NCBI RefSeq assembly: GCF_018350175.1
Contig: NC_058377.1
Span: 61,132,001 to 61,196,000, forward strand
Length of the DNA stretch: 64,000 nt
Direction of reading: 5' to 3'
Origin: Felis catus
Taxonomy: Eukaryota
Below are positions 35,838-47,435 of the stretch, in pieces. A program made the translations under genes and the position numbers. Below the pieces are notes generated by a model. That model was not told the origin of the DNA. It saw only the letters and a program-made list of their open reading frames with translations, and did no database searches. How positions within the stretch are numbered: position 1 is the stretch's first letter; each line of letters starts with the position of its first letter.

Positions 35838-36769
35838 TGCTTTTTTTTTTTTTTAATACACTATCCTATTTTAAATTGTCCATTCTTCTTGAATTTGGTA
35901 ACTGTGCATCCTTTTCTTTTTTTTTCCCCTTCTCTTTCTTCTTCTCCTTCCTTTTCCTAAGCCCCAGTAAAAACAGACTATTTCACATTCCCTATTCCAC
36001 AAATCTACCCTAAATAAGTGAGCCTTAATTACTTTAGAGAATTAGTTTCATCTGGCTGTATCTGAAAGATGAACACCCTCTTCAAATTTCTTCTAAGGAC
36101 CACGTTGAGTGCCTGGAAAAGCAGTAGTTTGTTCAATATTTTGATAAATGAATGAGTTAATATAAGGAAGATAAACTCTTCTAACAAATCCCATTGGGAA
36201 CCAATGTTAATGACTCTGAGATAAATAACTCCCTCTCTGGCACCAGGAGTAATATTGAAGTAATACTGAAGGCTCTCATAGGATTATATATTAATGCACA
36301 CACAGTGACAGAAACAAGATTTCTTCTAGGACATCAAGACTGCCAGGAGAATTTCCAACTGCAGTGAAACTGGGTTGGCATCTAGGTAGATAAAGAAGGA
36401 ACACTTAACGGTGGCTTTCAGGCAAACTAGGCTAGAGCTGATGACAGATGGCAAAAATCAGTGTTTTCCATCTCATGGTTTCCATTTCCACAAAAACAAA
36501 GGCAGGAATACTGAAATGTTCCCATTTTTTAGCTCAGGTTAAGGTCTGCAGGATTGTTTGCTTCTACCGCTCTGACATTATTATTATAGAACTTCATCAG
36601 AACATTCTGGCCATACTGCCATCCATAGATCTGAACTTGCTTGCTCAATGCTCAATGGTTGAAAGATAATGGTTGAATGATAGTGAGGAATGAAGCCTCT
36701 TCATTTCTCATCCAAGTTTCCTTCTGCAGGTGTCAGAATCAGCAGCAAGAAGACAGAATACCAATGTCT

Positions 36770-37719
36770 ATGGCATCCATCAATACATCATATTTGACCC
36801 CCAGAACTGTAATCTTGATCAGAATTCCCGGACTAGAACATGCGCAGTTTTGGACTGGGTTTCCCTTCTTTGCTGTGTGCATAGTGGCTCTTCTGGGAAA
36901 TATTATTTTACTAATCATCATTGCTACAGAACGTAGCCTGCATCAGCCCGTGTATAACTTCCTGGCAGTGCTGGCGGCCACTGACATAGGACTCTGCGCA
37001 GCCATTGCTCCCAAGATGTTGGCCATCTTCTGGTTCAGATCTTGCTCCATGGCCTTTGACAGCTGCCTGACCCAGCTGTTCTTCATTCATGCCTTGCAGT
37101 GCATGGAGTCTGGCATTCTGTTGGCCATGGCTTTTGACCACTACATTGCCATCTGTGATCCACTGAGACCCATCCAACCTCACGCCTTCCATCCTGGATC
37201 AGATGATAGCAACAGTGGCGATCCGAGCTACAGTGCTGGTTGGTCTGTCACCCATTCTGATCAAAAGATTTCATGTTTTTCATTCCATTCTGATTGCCCC
37301 ACTCTTACTGTGAGCACATGGCCATGGTCAAGCTAGCTGCAGAAGACATCCAAGTCAATATAACATGTGGTCTCCTAGTGGGTTTTACAATACTGGGATT
37401 TGACATGATTTTTGTCCTCATTTCCTATATCCTTATTTTCCAGGCTGTTTTTCATCTACACCAAAAGGAGGCACGGCTCAAAGCATTTAACACATGCACA
37501 GCTCATATTTTTGTTTTCCTTGAGTTTTATATTCTTGCCTTCTTCTCCTTTTTCAGCCACCGTTTTGGACATGTTGCTCCTTCTACCCACATCCTTCTTT
37601 CTACCATCTATCTCCTTGTGCCACCTGCACTCAACCCTATTGTCTATGGTGTAAAACATAAGGTAATTCGTAAGCGTGTGGCACAGATTTTTCTTCTGAG
37701 TCATGGATCCCACCAGTGA
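36770..37719 (+). pseudogene. OR52-family olfactory receptor pseudogene (paralog of 49112-50062), two frameshifts
   Basis: Codon comparison with 49112-50062 shows a 2-bp deletion at about 37169-37172 (AGA CCCA TCC vs AGG CACACA TCC) and a 1-bp insertion in the C run at 37297-37300 (GCC[C]CAC TCT TAC TGT). The frame between them reads SNLTPSILDQMIATVAIRATVLVG. Also GIPG>RIPG, PMYIF>PVYNF and DRY>DHY. Alternative ATG at 36764. Confidence 0.92.
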
Positions 37720-37739
37720 TCTATCAAATGTTTGTGGTC

Positions 37740-40466
37740 GAGGAAATAGAAAGCTTGAACAGACCCATAACCAGCGAAGAAATTGAATCGGTTATCAAAA
37801 ATCTCCCAACAAATAAGAGTCCAGGCCCAGATGGCTTCCCAGGGGAGTTCTACCAGACGTTTAAAGCAGAGATAATACCTATCCTTCTCAAGCTATTCCA
37901 AGAAATAGAAAGGGAAGGAAAACTTCCAGACTCATTCTATGAAGCCAGTATTACTTTGATTCCTAAACCAGACAGAGACCCAGTAAAAAAAGAGAACTAC
38001 AGGCCAATATCCCTGATGAGTATGGATGCAANNNNNNNNNNNNNNNNNNNNNNNNNNNNNNNNNNNNNNNNNNNNNNNNNNNNNNNNNNNNNNNNNNNNN
38101 NNNNNNNNNNNNNNNNNNNNNNNNNNNNNNNNNNNNNNNNNNNNNNNNNNNNNNNNNNNNNNNNNNNNNNNNNNNNNNAAGATAAGAACCATATGATCCT
38201 GTCAATCAATGCAGAAAAGGCCTTTGACAAAATCCAGCACCCTTTCTTAATAAAAACCCTTGAGAAAGTCGGGATAGAAGGAACATACTTAAAGATCATA
38301 AAAGCCATTTATGAAAAGCCCACAGCTAACATCATCCTCAACGGGGAAAAACTGAGAGCTTTTTCCCTGAGATCAGGAACACGACAAGGATGCCCACTCT
38401 CACCGCTGCTGTTTAACATAGTGCTGGAAGTTCTAGCATCAGCAATCAGACAACAAAAGGAAATCAAAGGCATCAAAATTGGCAAAGATGAAGTCAAGCT
38501 TTCTCTTTTTGCAGATGACATGATATTATACATGGAAAATCCGACAGACTCCACCAAAAGTCTGCTAGAACTGATACAGGAATTCAGCAAAGTTGCAGGA
38601 TGCAAAATCAATGTACAGAAATCAGTTGCATTCTTATACATTAACAATGAAGCAACAGAAAGACAAATAAAGAAACTGATCCCATTCACAATTGCACCAA
38701 GAAGCATAAAATACCTAGGAATAAATCTAACCAAAGATGTAAAGGATCTGTATGCTGAAAACTATAGAAAGCTTATGAAGGAAATTGAAGAAGATTTAAA
38801 GAAATGGAAAGACATTCCCTGCTCATGGATTGGAAAAATAAATATTGTCAAAATGTCAATACTACCCAAAGCTATCTACACATTCAATGCAATCCCAATC
38901 AAAATCGCACCAGCATTCTTCTCGAAGCTAGAACAAGCAATCCTAAAATTCATATGGAACCACAAAAGGCCCCGAATAGCCAAAGGAATTTTGAAGAAGA
39001 AGACCAAAGCAGGAGGCATCACAATCCCAGACTTTAGCCTCTACTACAAAGCTGTCATCATCAAGACAGCATGGTATTGGCACAAAAACAGACACATAGA
39101 CCAATGGAATAGAATAGAAACCCCAGAACTAGACCCACAAACGTATGGCCAACTCATCTTTGACAAAGCAGGAAAGAACATCCAATGGAAAAAAGACAGC
39201 CTCTTTAACAAATGGTGCTGGGAGAACTGGACAGCAACATGCAGAAGGTTGAAACTAGACCACTTTCTCACACCATTCACAAAAATAAACTCAAAATGGA
39301 TAAAGGACCTAAATGTGAGACAGGAAACCATCAAAACCTTAGAGGAGAAAGCAGGAAAAGACCTCTCTGACCTCAGCCGTAGCAATCTCTTACTCGACAC
39401 ATCCCCAAAGGCAAGGGAATTAAAAGCAAAAGTGAATTACTGGGACCTTATGAAGATAAAAAGCTTCTGCACAGCAAAGGAAACAACCAACAAAACTAAA
39501 AGGCAACCAACGGAATGGGAAAAGATATTCGCAAATGACATATCGGACAAAGGGCTAGTTTCCAAAATCTATAAAGAGCTCACCAAACTCCACACCGGAA
39601 AAACAACCCAGTGAAGANNNNNNNNNNNNNNNNNNNNNNNNNNNNNNNNNNNNNNNNNNNNNNNNNNNNNNNNNNNNNNNNNNNNNNNNNNNNNNNNNNN
39701 NNNNNNNNNNNNNNNNNNNNNNNNNNNNNNNNNNNNNNNNNNNNNNNNNCGCCAGTCAGAGTGGCCAAAATGAACAAATCAGGAGACTATAGATTCTGGA
39801 GAGGATGTGGAGAAACGGGAACCCTCTTGCACTGTTGGTCGGAATGCAAATTGGTGCAGCCACTCTGGAAAGCAGTGTGGAGGTTCCTCAGAAAATTAAA
39901 AATAGACCTATCCTATGACCCAGCAATAGCACTGCTAGGAATTTATCCAAGGGATACAGGAGTACTGATGCATAGGGCCACTTGTACCCCAATGTTCATA
40001 GCAGCACTCTTAACAATAGCCAAAATATGGAAAGAGCCTAAATGTCCATCAACTGATGAATGGATAAAGAAATTGTGGTTTATATACACAATGGAATACT
40101 ACGTGGCAATGAGAAAAAAATGAAATATGGCCTTTTGTAGCAACGTGGATGGAACTGGAGAGTGTCATGCTAAGTGAAATAAGCCATACAGAGAAAGACA
40201 GATACCATATGGTTTCACTCTTATGTGGATCCTGAGAAACTTAACAGGAACCCATGGGGGAGGGGAAGGAAAAAAAAAAAAAAAAGAGGTTAGAGTGGGA
40301 GAGAGCCAAAGCATAAGAGACTGTTAAAAACTGAGAACAAACTGAGGGTTGATGGGGGGTGGGAGGGAGGAGAGGGTGGGTGATGGGTATTGAGGAGGGC
40401 ACCTTTTGGGATGAGCACTGGGTGTTGTATGGAAACCAATTTGTCAATAAATTTCATATAAAAAAA
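37740..40466 (+). mobile_element. Young 5'-truncated felid L1 (L1_Fc-like), about 2.7 kb, including the ORF2 reverse transcriptase domain
   Basis: ORF 37716-39614 = ORF2 ([34 protein letters not shown]); 3'UTR and poly(A); perfect 14-bp TSD aaatgtttgtggtc (37726-37739 / 40467-40480). Confidence 0.97.
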
Positions 40467-41114
40467 AAATGTTTGTGGTCAAGTAGAGAATAGTTTTATT
40501 TCCTAGAGGTGGAGAGAGTTTGGACTCCGTGCATTCACTGTTGGGGATTCACATCATTAGGCTCTATCTTAAAAGCTTTTAGCTCCAAAACCACAGCTAG
40601 GTTGACATAAAAAGTATCCAGACTAACAATGGTACTTTCTATCTGTAATGCATTTGACTTCTAATCCAATCTTTATCATGTCCTTCCTTTTACTTTCTTT
40701 GTGTTTAATTTGCAGTTCTTTTTACTTATTCATAAAGAAGCTTTGATTATTGGTTTTCAAACTTTCCCTTTTGGAATTTATGCATTTTCAAGTAGGGATT
40801 TATTTTAACCATTGCTTTTTCACATGCTACACATTTTGATATTCTGTGTTTTCATTTATTCAATTACAAATAAAATTAATATTTATCGTGACTTCTGTTA
40901 CCCGTGAAATATGCAATATACTCATACATGTAAGGTCATTTGTTTTTTGAAGAAGATAGATAAGTGATGTAATGGAGATTAGATAGTCTTCCTGAAATGG
41001 AGAGCTGGAGCAAATAATTGTATGAGAAAATGAACTTTGACATCCACCTCATATGACATAGCAAAATTAAGGTGAATCATAGACCTAAGCATTGATGAAA
41101 AACACTATAAAGCT

Positions 41115-41555
41115 CCGGTCTGTTAACCAGACCTCATTAGAGAATGAAGAGCCTTGGATCACTGAGAGACAGAAAAGTGGCTGTGATACTGCTTCAGTGG
41201 AACTTGCCACAAGTCCATCTTGTAGGATGCCAGGGCTCATGAGGAAACGGCTACCACTGGGTGCTGCCTGCTTCATTTATTGCAGAATTTGGGCCCTGGA
41301 GGAGTTGCAAGAGCTGCAGGAGCCTACTGTCGACTACAGATGGCAAACAAACTGCACTGAGTCTGTGGAGTGACCATGTCGGAACCAGGAAGCAAAACCC
41401 TCCCCTCCTTCAGTTCCTTACCCATGCCACCCACGGACAAAGTGTAGCATTGCACCAGCTGTGAAGACAAAGTAATCAGAGGGCCAAGGCACATGTTCAC
41501 AGAGAAGGCAAAAAGTGAACCTGGAGCTGAGAGGCAATGAATCATTAACCAGCAC
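41115..41555. mobile_element. Ancient LTR (LTR78-like)
   Basis: Terminal ccagctg...ctggagctgagaggcaatgaatcattaaccagcac matches the recalled LTR78 end. Confidence 0.5.
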
Positions 41556-41869
41556 GCGCTTCGTGGCAAATAATAAAGTTGTTGGTACATGCACTGGGAA
41601 CACAATATGCAAGCAGGACCAGTCAGCCATTTATCTTTAGTGAGTGTTGTGCTCACAGCAGCCATCACCTATATAGCTGACAATCAAATATTCTCTTTGA
41701 CATCTGCTAAAGAAAAAAAAAGTAAGAAAGCACAGACTAAGCATAAACACTCAGCTCTCCTGACATCAAAAGTGAGGATATTTTTAAGAGCCAGGCTGGA
41801 AGGGGCTATTGGCCAGCTGTGTTTTCTAATTGTCTATGTGAGTGATATTCCTATTTTGCTCATGACTAG

Positions 41870-42091
41870 ATATTTATTTTTTATTTTTTGCTTGAAAAAA
41901 ATATTTATTTATTTTAGGGCAAGTGCAAGCAGGGGAGGGGCAATGAGAGGGGGATAGAGGATCCAAAGCGGGCTCTGAGCTGACAGGCTGACAGCAGTGA
42001 GAGCTTGATGTGGGGTTCAAACTCACAAACCCTGAGATCATGGCCTGAGCCAAAGTCAGACGCTCAACTGACTGAGCCACCAAGGTGCCCC
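41870..42091 (-). mobile_element. CAN-SINE
   Basis: Reverse SINE body with gctgacaggctgacag. Confidence 0.9.
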
Positions 42092-42099
42092 TGGATATA

Positions 42100-42354
42100 T
42101 GTTTGTTTGTTTATATTTTTAATTTATTTTTATACTTTTTTAAATGTTTTTATTTATTTTTGAGAGACAGAAAGAGACAGAGCATGAGTGAGGTGGGGAG
42201 AGGCAGAGAGGGAGAGGGAGACACAGAATCTGAAGCAGGCTCCAGGTTCTGAAATGTCAGAACAGAGCCTGATGTGGGGCTAGAACTCACAAACTGTGAG
42301 ATCATGACCTGAGTCAAAGTTGGACATTTAACCAACTGAGCCACCCAGACACCT
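42100..42354 (-). mobile_element. Felid CAN-SINE (tandem with the previous one)
   Basis: Reverse SINE body. Confidence 0.9.
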
Positions 42355-42560
42355 GTAGATATTTTTTTAAATGAAGATTGCATATAGAACTTTTGAAAAT
42401 TCTTTTTCTGCATATATTGATATGAACTTTTGTTTCTGGTTAAATCTCATTGTGTTGGGTTCCTATTAAAATATCCAGAACAAGTGCTTCTGGCCACCTC
42501 ATTTACTAAATAACTACCTGGTACAAACCATTAATTTTTTTCTGGACATTGCAGTCACAA

Positions 42561-43174
42561 TGTAGTAGATTGTATTATTAGTCCCTAATATTTATGAAAC
42601 TTTCTTAATAATGTCACCCATATCAGTCTGTGCCATATTAATCACATTTTTTCCATATTAATCGCATCAGTATTACATCATGTGACTTCCTTGTCAACGT
42701 AATAGAAATGGAGAGACTTATGTCACTTATGAACTAATAATTTAAAATTCATCATTTACTGGGGTGTCTGGATGTTTCAGTTAAGCGTCTGACTTCAGCT
42801 CAGGTCATGATCTCAACGCTTGTGGGTTCAAGCCCCGGGTCAAGCTCTGTGCTGACAGCTCTGAGCCTGGAGCCTGCTTTGAATTCTGTCTCCCTCTTTC
42901 TCTGCCCCTACCCTGCTAGCACTCTGTTTCTTCTCTTTCTCTCTCTCTCTCTCAAAAATAAATAAACATTAAATTCATCATTTACTTTCATAGTCTCTTT
43001 CTCTGGTGACACAACAATAGCAGTGGTTAATAAAAGGGCTCTGCCTTCAGCCTAAGCCCTGGATCAAAGCAGCAAAACTGACACATAGGTGAGAAGTATA
43101 TCTTTGTTGTTACAAGTTCCTGAGATTTAGGGAATTTTTTTTACTACATTAGTTGGTCTATGTTGATTGATGCA
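42561..43174 (+). mobile_element. MaLR solo LTR (MLT1I/J-like), split by a SINE
   Basis: tgtagtagattgtattatt start; ttgttgttacaagttcctgagatttaggg...ttgatgca end. Confidence 0.6.
42762..42970 (+). mobile_element. CAN-SINE with TSD aaattcatcatttact
   Basis: SINE body; 16-bp direct repeat on both flanks. Confidence 0.92.
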
Positions 43175-43380
43175 GGTTATAAATGGCTCCCTGTCTCAAC
43201 TATTTTCCACTTATATCAATTACCAAAGGAATAGCCAGGCAGTTTACTTAAATACAGTTGAGAACATTAACACTTCTCTACTACAAAACCAAACTCAATT
43301 TCTCGCCTTTTTTTTTTTTTTTTTAAGAATCAGAGCCTAGGTCTTACAATTGCACCACTCTTATCTCTCAAAATTATCTT

Positions 43381-43590
43381 TTATTTTAGTTTTTTAATGT
43401 TTATTTTGAGAGAGAAAGAAAGAGCATGAGTGGGGGAGGGGCAGAGAGAGATGGAGAAGAGAAATTCCAAGCAGGCTCCATGGTATCAGGGCAGAGCACA
43501 ATGTGCAGCTAGATCAGGAAGCGTGAGGTCATGACCTGAGCTAACATCAAGAGTCGAAACGCTTAACTGACTGAGTCACCCAGGCACCCC
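43381..43590 (-). mobile_element. CAN-SINE within L2-like sequence
   Basis: Reverse SINE body; degenerate TSD tc(a/g)aaattatc. Confidence 0.88.
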
Positions 43591-44731
43591 TCGAAATTAT
43601 CCTTTATAAGTGAATCCCCCTTGCTTATTCCTTTCCAGTTACCCATGCCTCCTTACAGCTACCAAGCATGCATTGTATATTCAACTTCAATGTCTTTGCA
43701 TTTTCTGTTGTCCTTGACTGCAACACCCTTCCCCCAGTATCCATGAGGCCCATACATACCCTATACTGGAACACACTATTGCAATTCACCTGCTTTCCAA
43801 TCCTTGTGTATACCCTTATACACACGTGTGTAGACACCCACACACACACATTCAGAAAGAGAGAGATCAAAAAGACTTGTTCCTACAGTTTTAACCCTCA
43901 TCATTAGGGGAACCTAATATCCATTTTTAAAATTAATCTCCAAGAAATGAATAGTGAGAGAATGAAAATGTGAGGCATTTGACAATGTTGGCATAAAATA
44001 AGTATAGTAAGTAATTTCAAAGTTGGTGTTAGTCATGTAAAAGAATTATGAACACGGTAATAACTTTCATGGAGACAAGGAAGCACTTGCTCAGGTTGCT
44101 AATTATAAGCATGAGTGGCCTCAACAAAATGAGTCCAAATATTTAATAGAGACAAAGGAAACAATACAATGTTGTGATGAAAACAAGAGCAACTGAGAAG
44201 TGAAACCTTTGCTTTAGCAAAAAGGGGGAGATAGTTTTATAGAGGTCCTTTAGTTTCAATTTTAAGTTTCCAACATAATTTTGCATGCTATGAGTAGTAT
44301 TTATAAAGATAAGCATCTTTTCTGTTCCCTTAAGCCACAAGTCTGGCCATAGGCCAGAGGGTGAACTAAATTGTCTTCCCTCTTTTCCATCTACAAATTT
44401 TCCATTTCCTAGATGTTCCCCCCCACCCCCCACATTTCTAATGATCTCAGATTCACCATGATCTGAACATGACCCATAATTTGAGATTCCCTGATTTTCA
44501 TTCTTTGAAAATAACTTCTTATGGAGTAACTGCTTTCTGGCTATGTGCCCTCCAGCAAGAGATACCTTTCTTCTCCAAAATGGGGCTGAGTTTCAGTCAG
44601 GTGGTGAGCTCTCTAGGCCAGGTCTGAAAATTGCCCTGGGATCACCTCAAATTCAAAGGCCAAGAAAAGCAACAGCTAAAGACAGATGATAAAAAACTCT
44701 TAGCTATTAGTACCTTTCCAAATCAAAGCCT

Positions 44732-44767
<36 letters not shown>

Positions 44768-45119
44768 GCTTCATCCATTGATCTTACATTGTAGCCAGCT
44801 CTCTTTCTCTGGGTAAATTTCTTCTCCACTGAGTATGGGACCTGAGTATGGCTCAGTGTTTCTAATTGTAGCAAATTTTAAGAGGAACTGGAAAGGATAG
44901 AGAATTAGATGATCCCAATCCTGCGTCTTTCAGTGGCATACTTTCCTTTGACATGTCACATTTTCTCTGACCCAAGTACATTTGTCAATAATATTAGAGA
45001 TGGACTAGATTCATGTCATTTAGAGATGGAAGAGATGCAAAGGTAATCCAGTACCATCTTCTTAATCCCATGTGAAGAAAACTATGAACTGCCATCCCAG
45101 TTAATTAGTGGCGGGGCAA

Positions 45120-45208
45120 AAATAAAAAAAATAAAATAAAATAAAATAAAATAAAACAAAACAAAATAAAATAAATAAAATAAAATAAAATAAAATAAAA
45201 TAAAATAA
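45120..45208. repeat. (AAAAT)n microsatellite
   Basis: Direct reading. Confidence 0.95.
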
Positions 45209-45712
45209 GGTTTTCAAGCTCCTTCTCTAGTGTTTACTACAAAGTAGTTCTAGCATTTCTTGGTTTATAAAAAATAAGAAGATAATCCATGTTTTTGAAT
45301 GGTGTGTGTTTGTGTGTGTGCGTGTGTTTGCAGTTTGAGCAGGAAAGCTTGTAAGATATGAAGAGAAAGTCAAAAATGGGAACGTCCTATTTATTGCCTT
45401 TAATAGTTTCACTATCTGGGCTTGTTGCCACCATAAGCATAGCTCATAACTCATCTCCCTAAATATAGTTTTCTCTTTATCTGGGGCATCAAAATCTAGT
45501 ATATTGGTCTCTTGTTTCTTATACTTTACCCTGCCTCCATTTAAGGTATCTTCCTATTCTTCTCTCCTTCTCTTTTACTCAGGGACCAGGAATGAACATT
45601 TTTCTGATCTGATTAATACAGAAAGATTGCATAAGATGCATGCCTTTATGGCCTTAGAAGCTACTAGAAATTAATTTTCCTATTTATGGGTTTTCCATCT
45701 ACCTACTGACTT

Positions 45713-45905
45713 TATTTATTTTTAAGGTTTTTTTTTAATTTAATTTTTTTTGGGGGGTGCAGAGAGAGGGAGAGAGAGTCCCAAGCAGACTCCACATTGT
45801 CAGTGTGGAGCCCAATGCAGGACTCAAACTCACAAACCATGAGATCATGACCTGAGCTGAAATCAAGAGTCCAATGCTTAACTGACTGAGCCACCCAGGT
45901 GCCCC
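45713..45905 (-). mobile_element. CAN-SINE
   Basis: Reverse SINE body; TSD acctact..gacttt. Confidence 0.9.
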
Positions 45906-46319
45906 TACCTACTAAGACTTTAAAGGAGGACATGATTATTTATCAGGTGAAGTGGTCAAATTAATTAAAATCAGTGAAATATATTGACTCCACCACAGTC
46001 TGCACATGATTGGGAAGTCGTTTTTTTGTTGTTGTAACAATGATCATTTCATCTGCTTACACGAATGTCCAATCCCATAGGTCAAACTGAGGGAGTGTAT
46101 TCCACTCCAGAAAATTCAACATCTCATGAAGTTTTAATCAACTCTTTTTTCAGGAAGTTTCTCATGTGCAGGATTGGAGGAGGTGTCAGCATGAGCCCGA
46201 TGTGGGGGTCGATCTAATAAACCGTGAGACCATGACCTGACCTTTTACCTTTTGTTTTGTCTTTCTCAAGAAGGCAGTGATGTGTCTGTATTCGAAGAAG
46301 TTCTATACAGGTTCTGACA

Positions 46320-46545
46320 AGCACTAACTACCAAACATTGAGTGTTTACTTTCTTTCATACATTGTCCTGAGTTCTTCACATATAAACTAACACAGTTCT
46401 CACAATAATTCAATGAGTTAAGTGCCATTATTACTCCCATTTACAGTTGAGAAAAATTAAGGAACTGGGTAAGATTCCATGTAACATATCGTAGTGCCAG
46501 GAATAGATGATATGCTATATTTCTAAATTCTTATCCCATGATTTT
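46320..46545. mobile_element. MIR fragment
   Basis: acattgagtgtttact...ttctcacaataat...attactcccatttacagttgagaaaa. Confidence 0.6.
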
Positions 46546-46575
46546 ATGTACTATTTGTTATCTTTTTATCAGATT

Positions 46576-47094
46576 ATCAGTCTGCTGCAGCCTCAAGAAA
46601 AAACAGTGGAGAGGCTCAGGAAAACAGAGGTAATCATACCAATAGGTCCTAGAGACAGGAGACACAGAGGCCTTGCAGGGCCAAATAGAAAATCACCAGG
46701 GTGATCAGGAGGCAGAGGAAAGGAGGGGGAGGTGGGGAGGGTGGCAAAGGCAGAGCATTTAAGTGCTTAAGCTCTGGCCTTTGTTGGTATTTCCACAGGA
46801 AAGGAAGGAAGGGAAGTGTGAACAGTTTAGAATTGGTTAGTTGGAATAAGTTTGGTGGATTTTGTGTTAGAGGTGTAGTGTCTAGTTTCCTGGTACTTGG
46901 CCCCAAGATAATTAAGGCAGCGGGACACTGTTTCCTGGCAGATAAAGGAGGTATGGACTGGTTAGTTTGCATATCGAAGGTATGATCCTGGCTGGGCCCT
47001 TTGTTACCTTAAGAATTAACTAACCCAGCCAGAGAGGGGTGGGTCTCTCCCAGCCAGAAAGGTTTTGTAAGATATCAAAACATCATAATATACA
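46576..47094 (-). mobile_element. ERVL solo LTR (MER74-like)
   Basis: gtgaacagtttagaattggttagttggaataa...ggttagtttgcatatcgaagg...ccagccagaaaggtttt..aagatatcaaaacatcataatataca matches recalled MER74. Confidence 0.75.
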
Positions 47095-47099
47095 AAAAA

Positions 47100-47435
47100 T
47101 TACATATACATATATATTTATATATATAATATAAAACCTTACATATAATGTATATTTTATCATATACAAATTTAATTATATATATATATTTTGTTTACAT
47201 TTATACATTTTATATTTTTATTTTTCTTATATATTTATATAATATAAATTATATACACAAATGTTTATATAAATATGTATTTGTCTAATATAAATTTATT
47301 TTATATAATATGTATTCATATTACTTGTATAACTATTATAATTATTTTATGTATTATAAATATACAAATAATGCATATATATTTGCATTTATATAGTACA
47401 CATTTATATTATTTATATATAGCATATGCTATACT
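47100..47435. repeat. AT-rich low-complexity (TA-derived) tract
   Basis: Direct reading. Confidence 0.9.

Noticed and set aside
36677-36769. N-terminal extension of the OR pseudogene in the ORF track (likewise 49085-49111)
   Set aside because: Crosses a clear splice acceptor at 36728-36729; the 49085 start is GTG
37716-39614. 632-aa ORF overlapping the OR stop codon, as a novel RT gene or OR-RT fusion
   Set aside because: It starts at a GTG in flank/TSD sequence that happens to be in frame; it is a 5'-truncated L1 ORF2 with no endonuclease domain, spans an N gap, and is in a different frame from the OR
41092-41668. GC-richer stretch with several overlapping ORFs, initially resembling a processed pseudogene
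   Set aside because: No recognisable protein motif, poly(A) or TSD; the 3' end matches an LTR78-like terminus
44735-44764. Isolated ~30-nt poly(A) as a severely truncated retro-insertion
   Set aside because: Flanks (aaagcctagc / aaagctgc) give no convincing TSD; a simple homopolymer explains it
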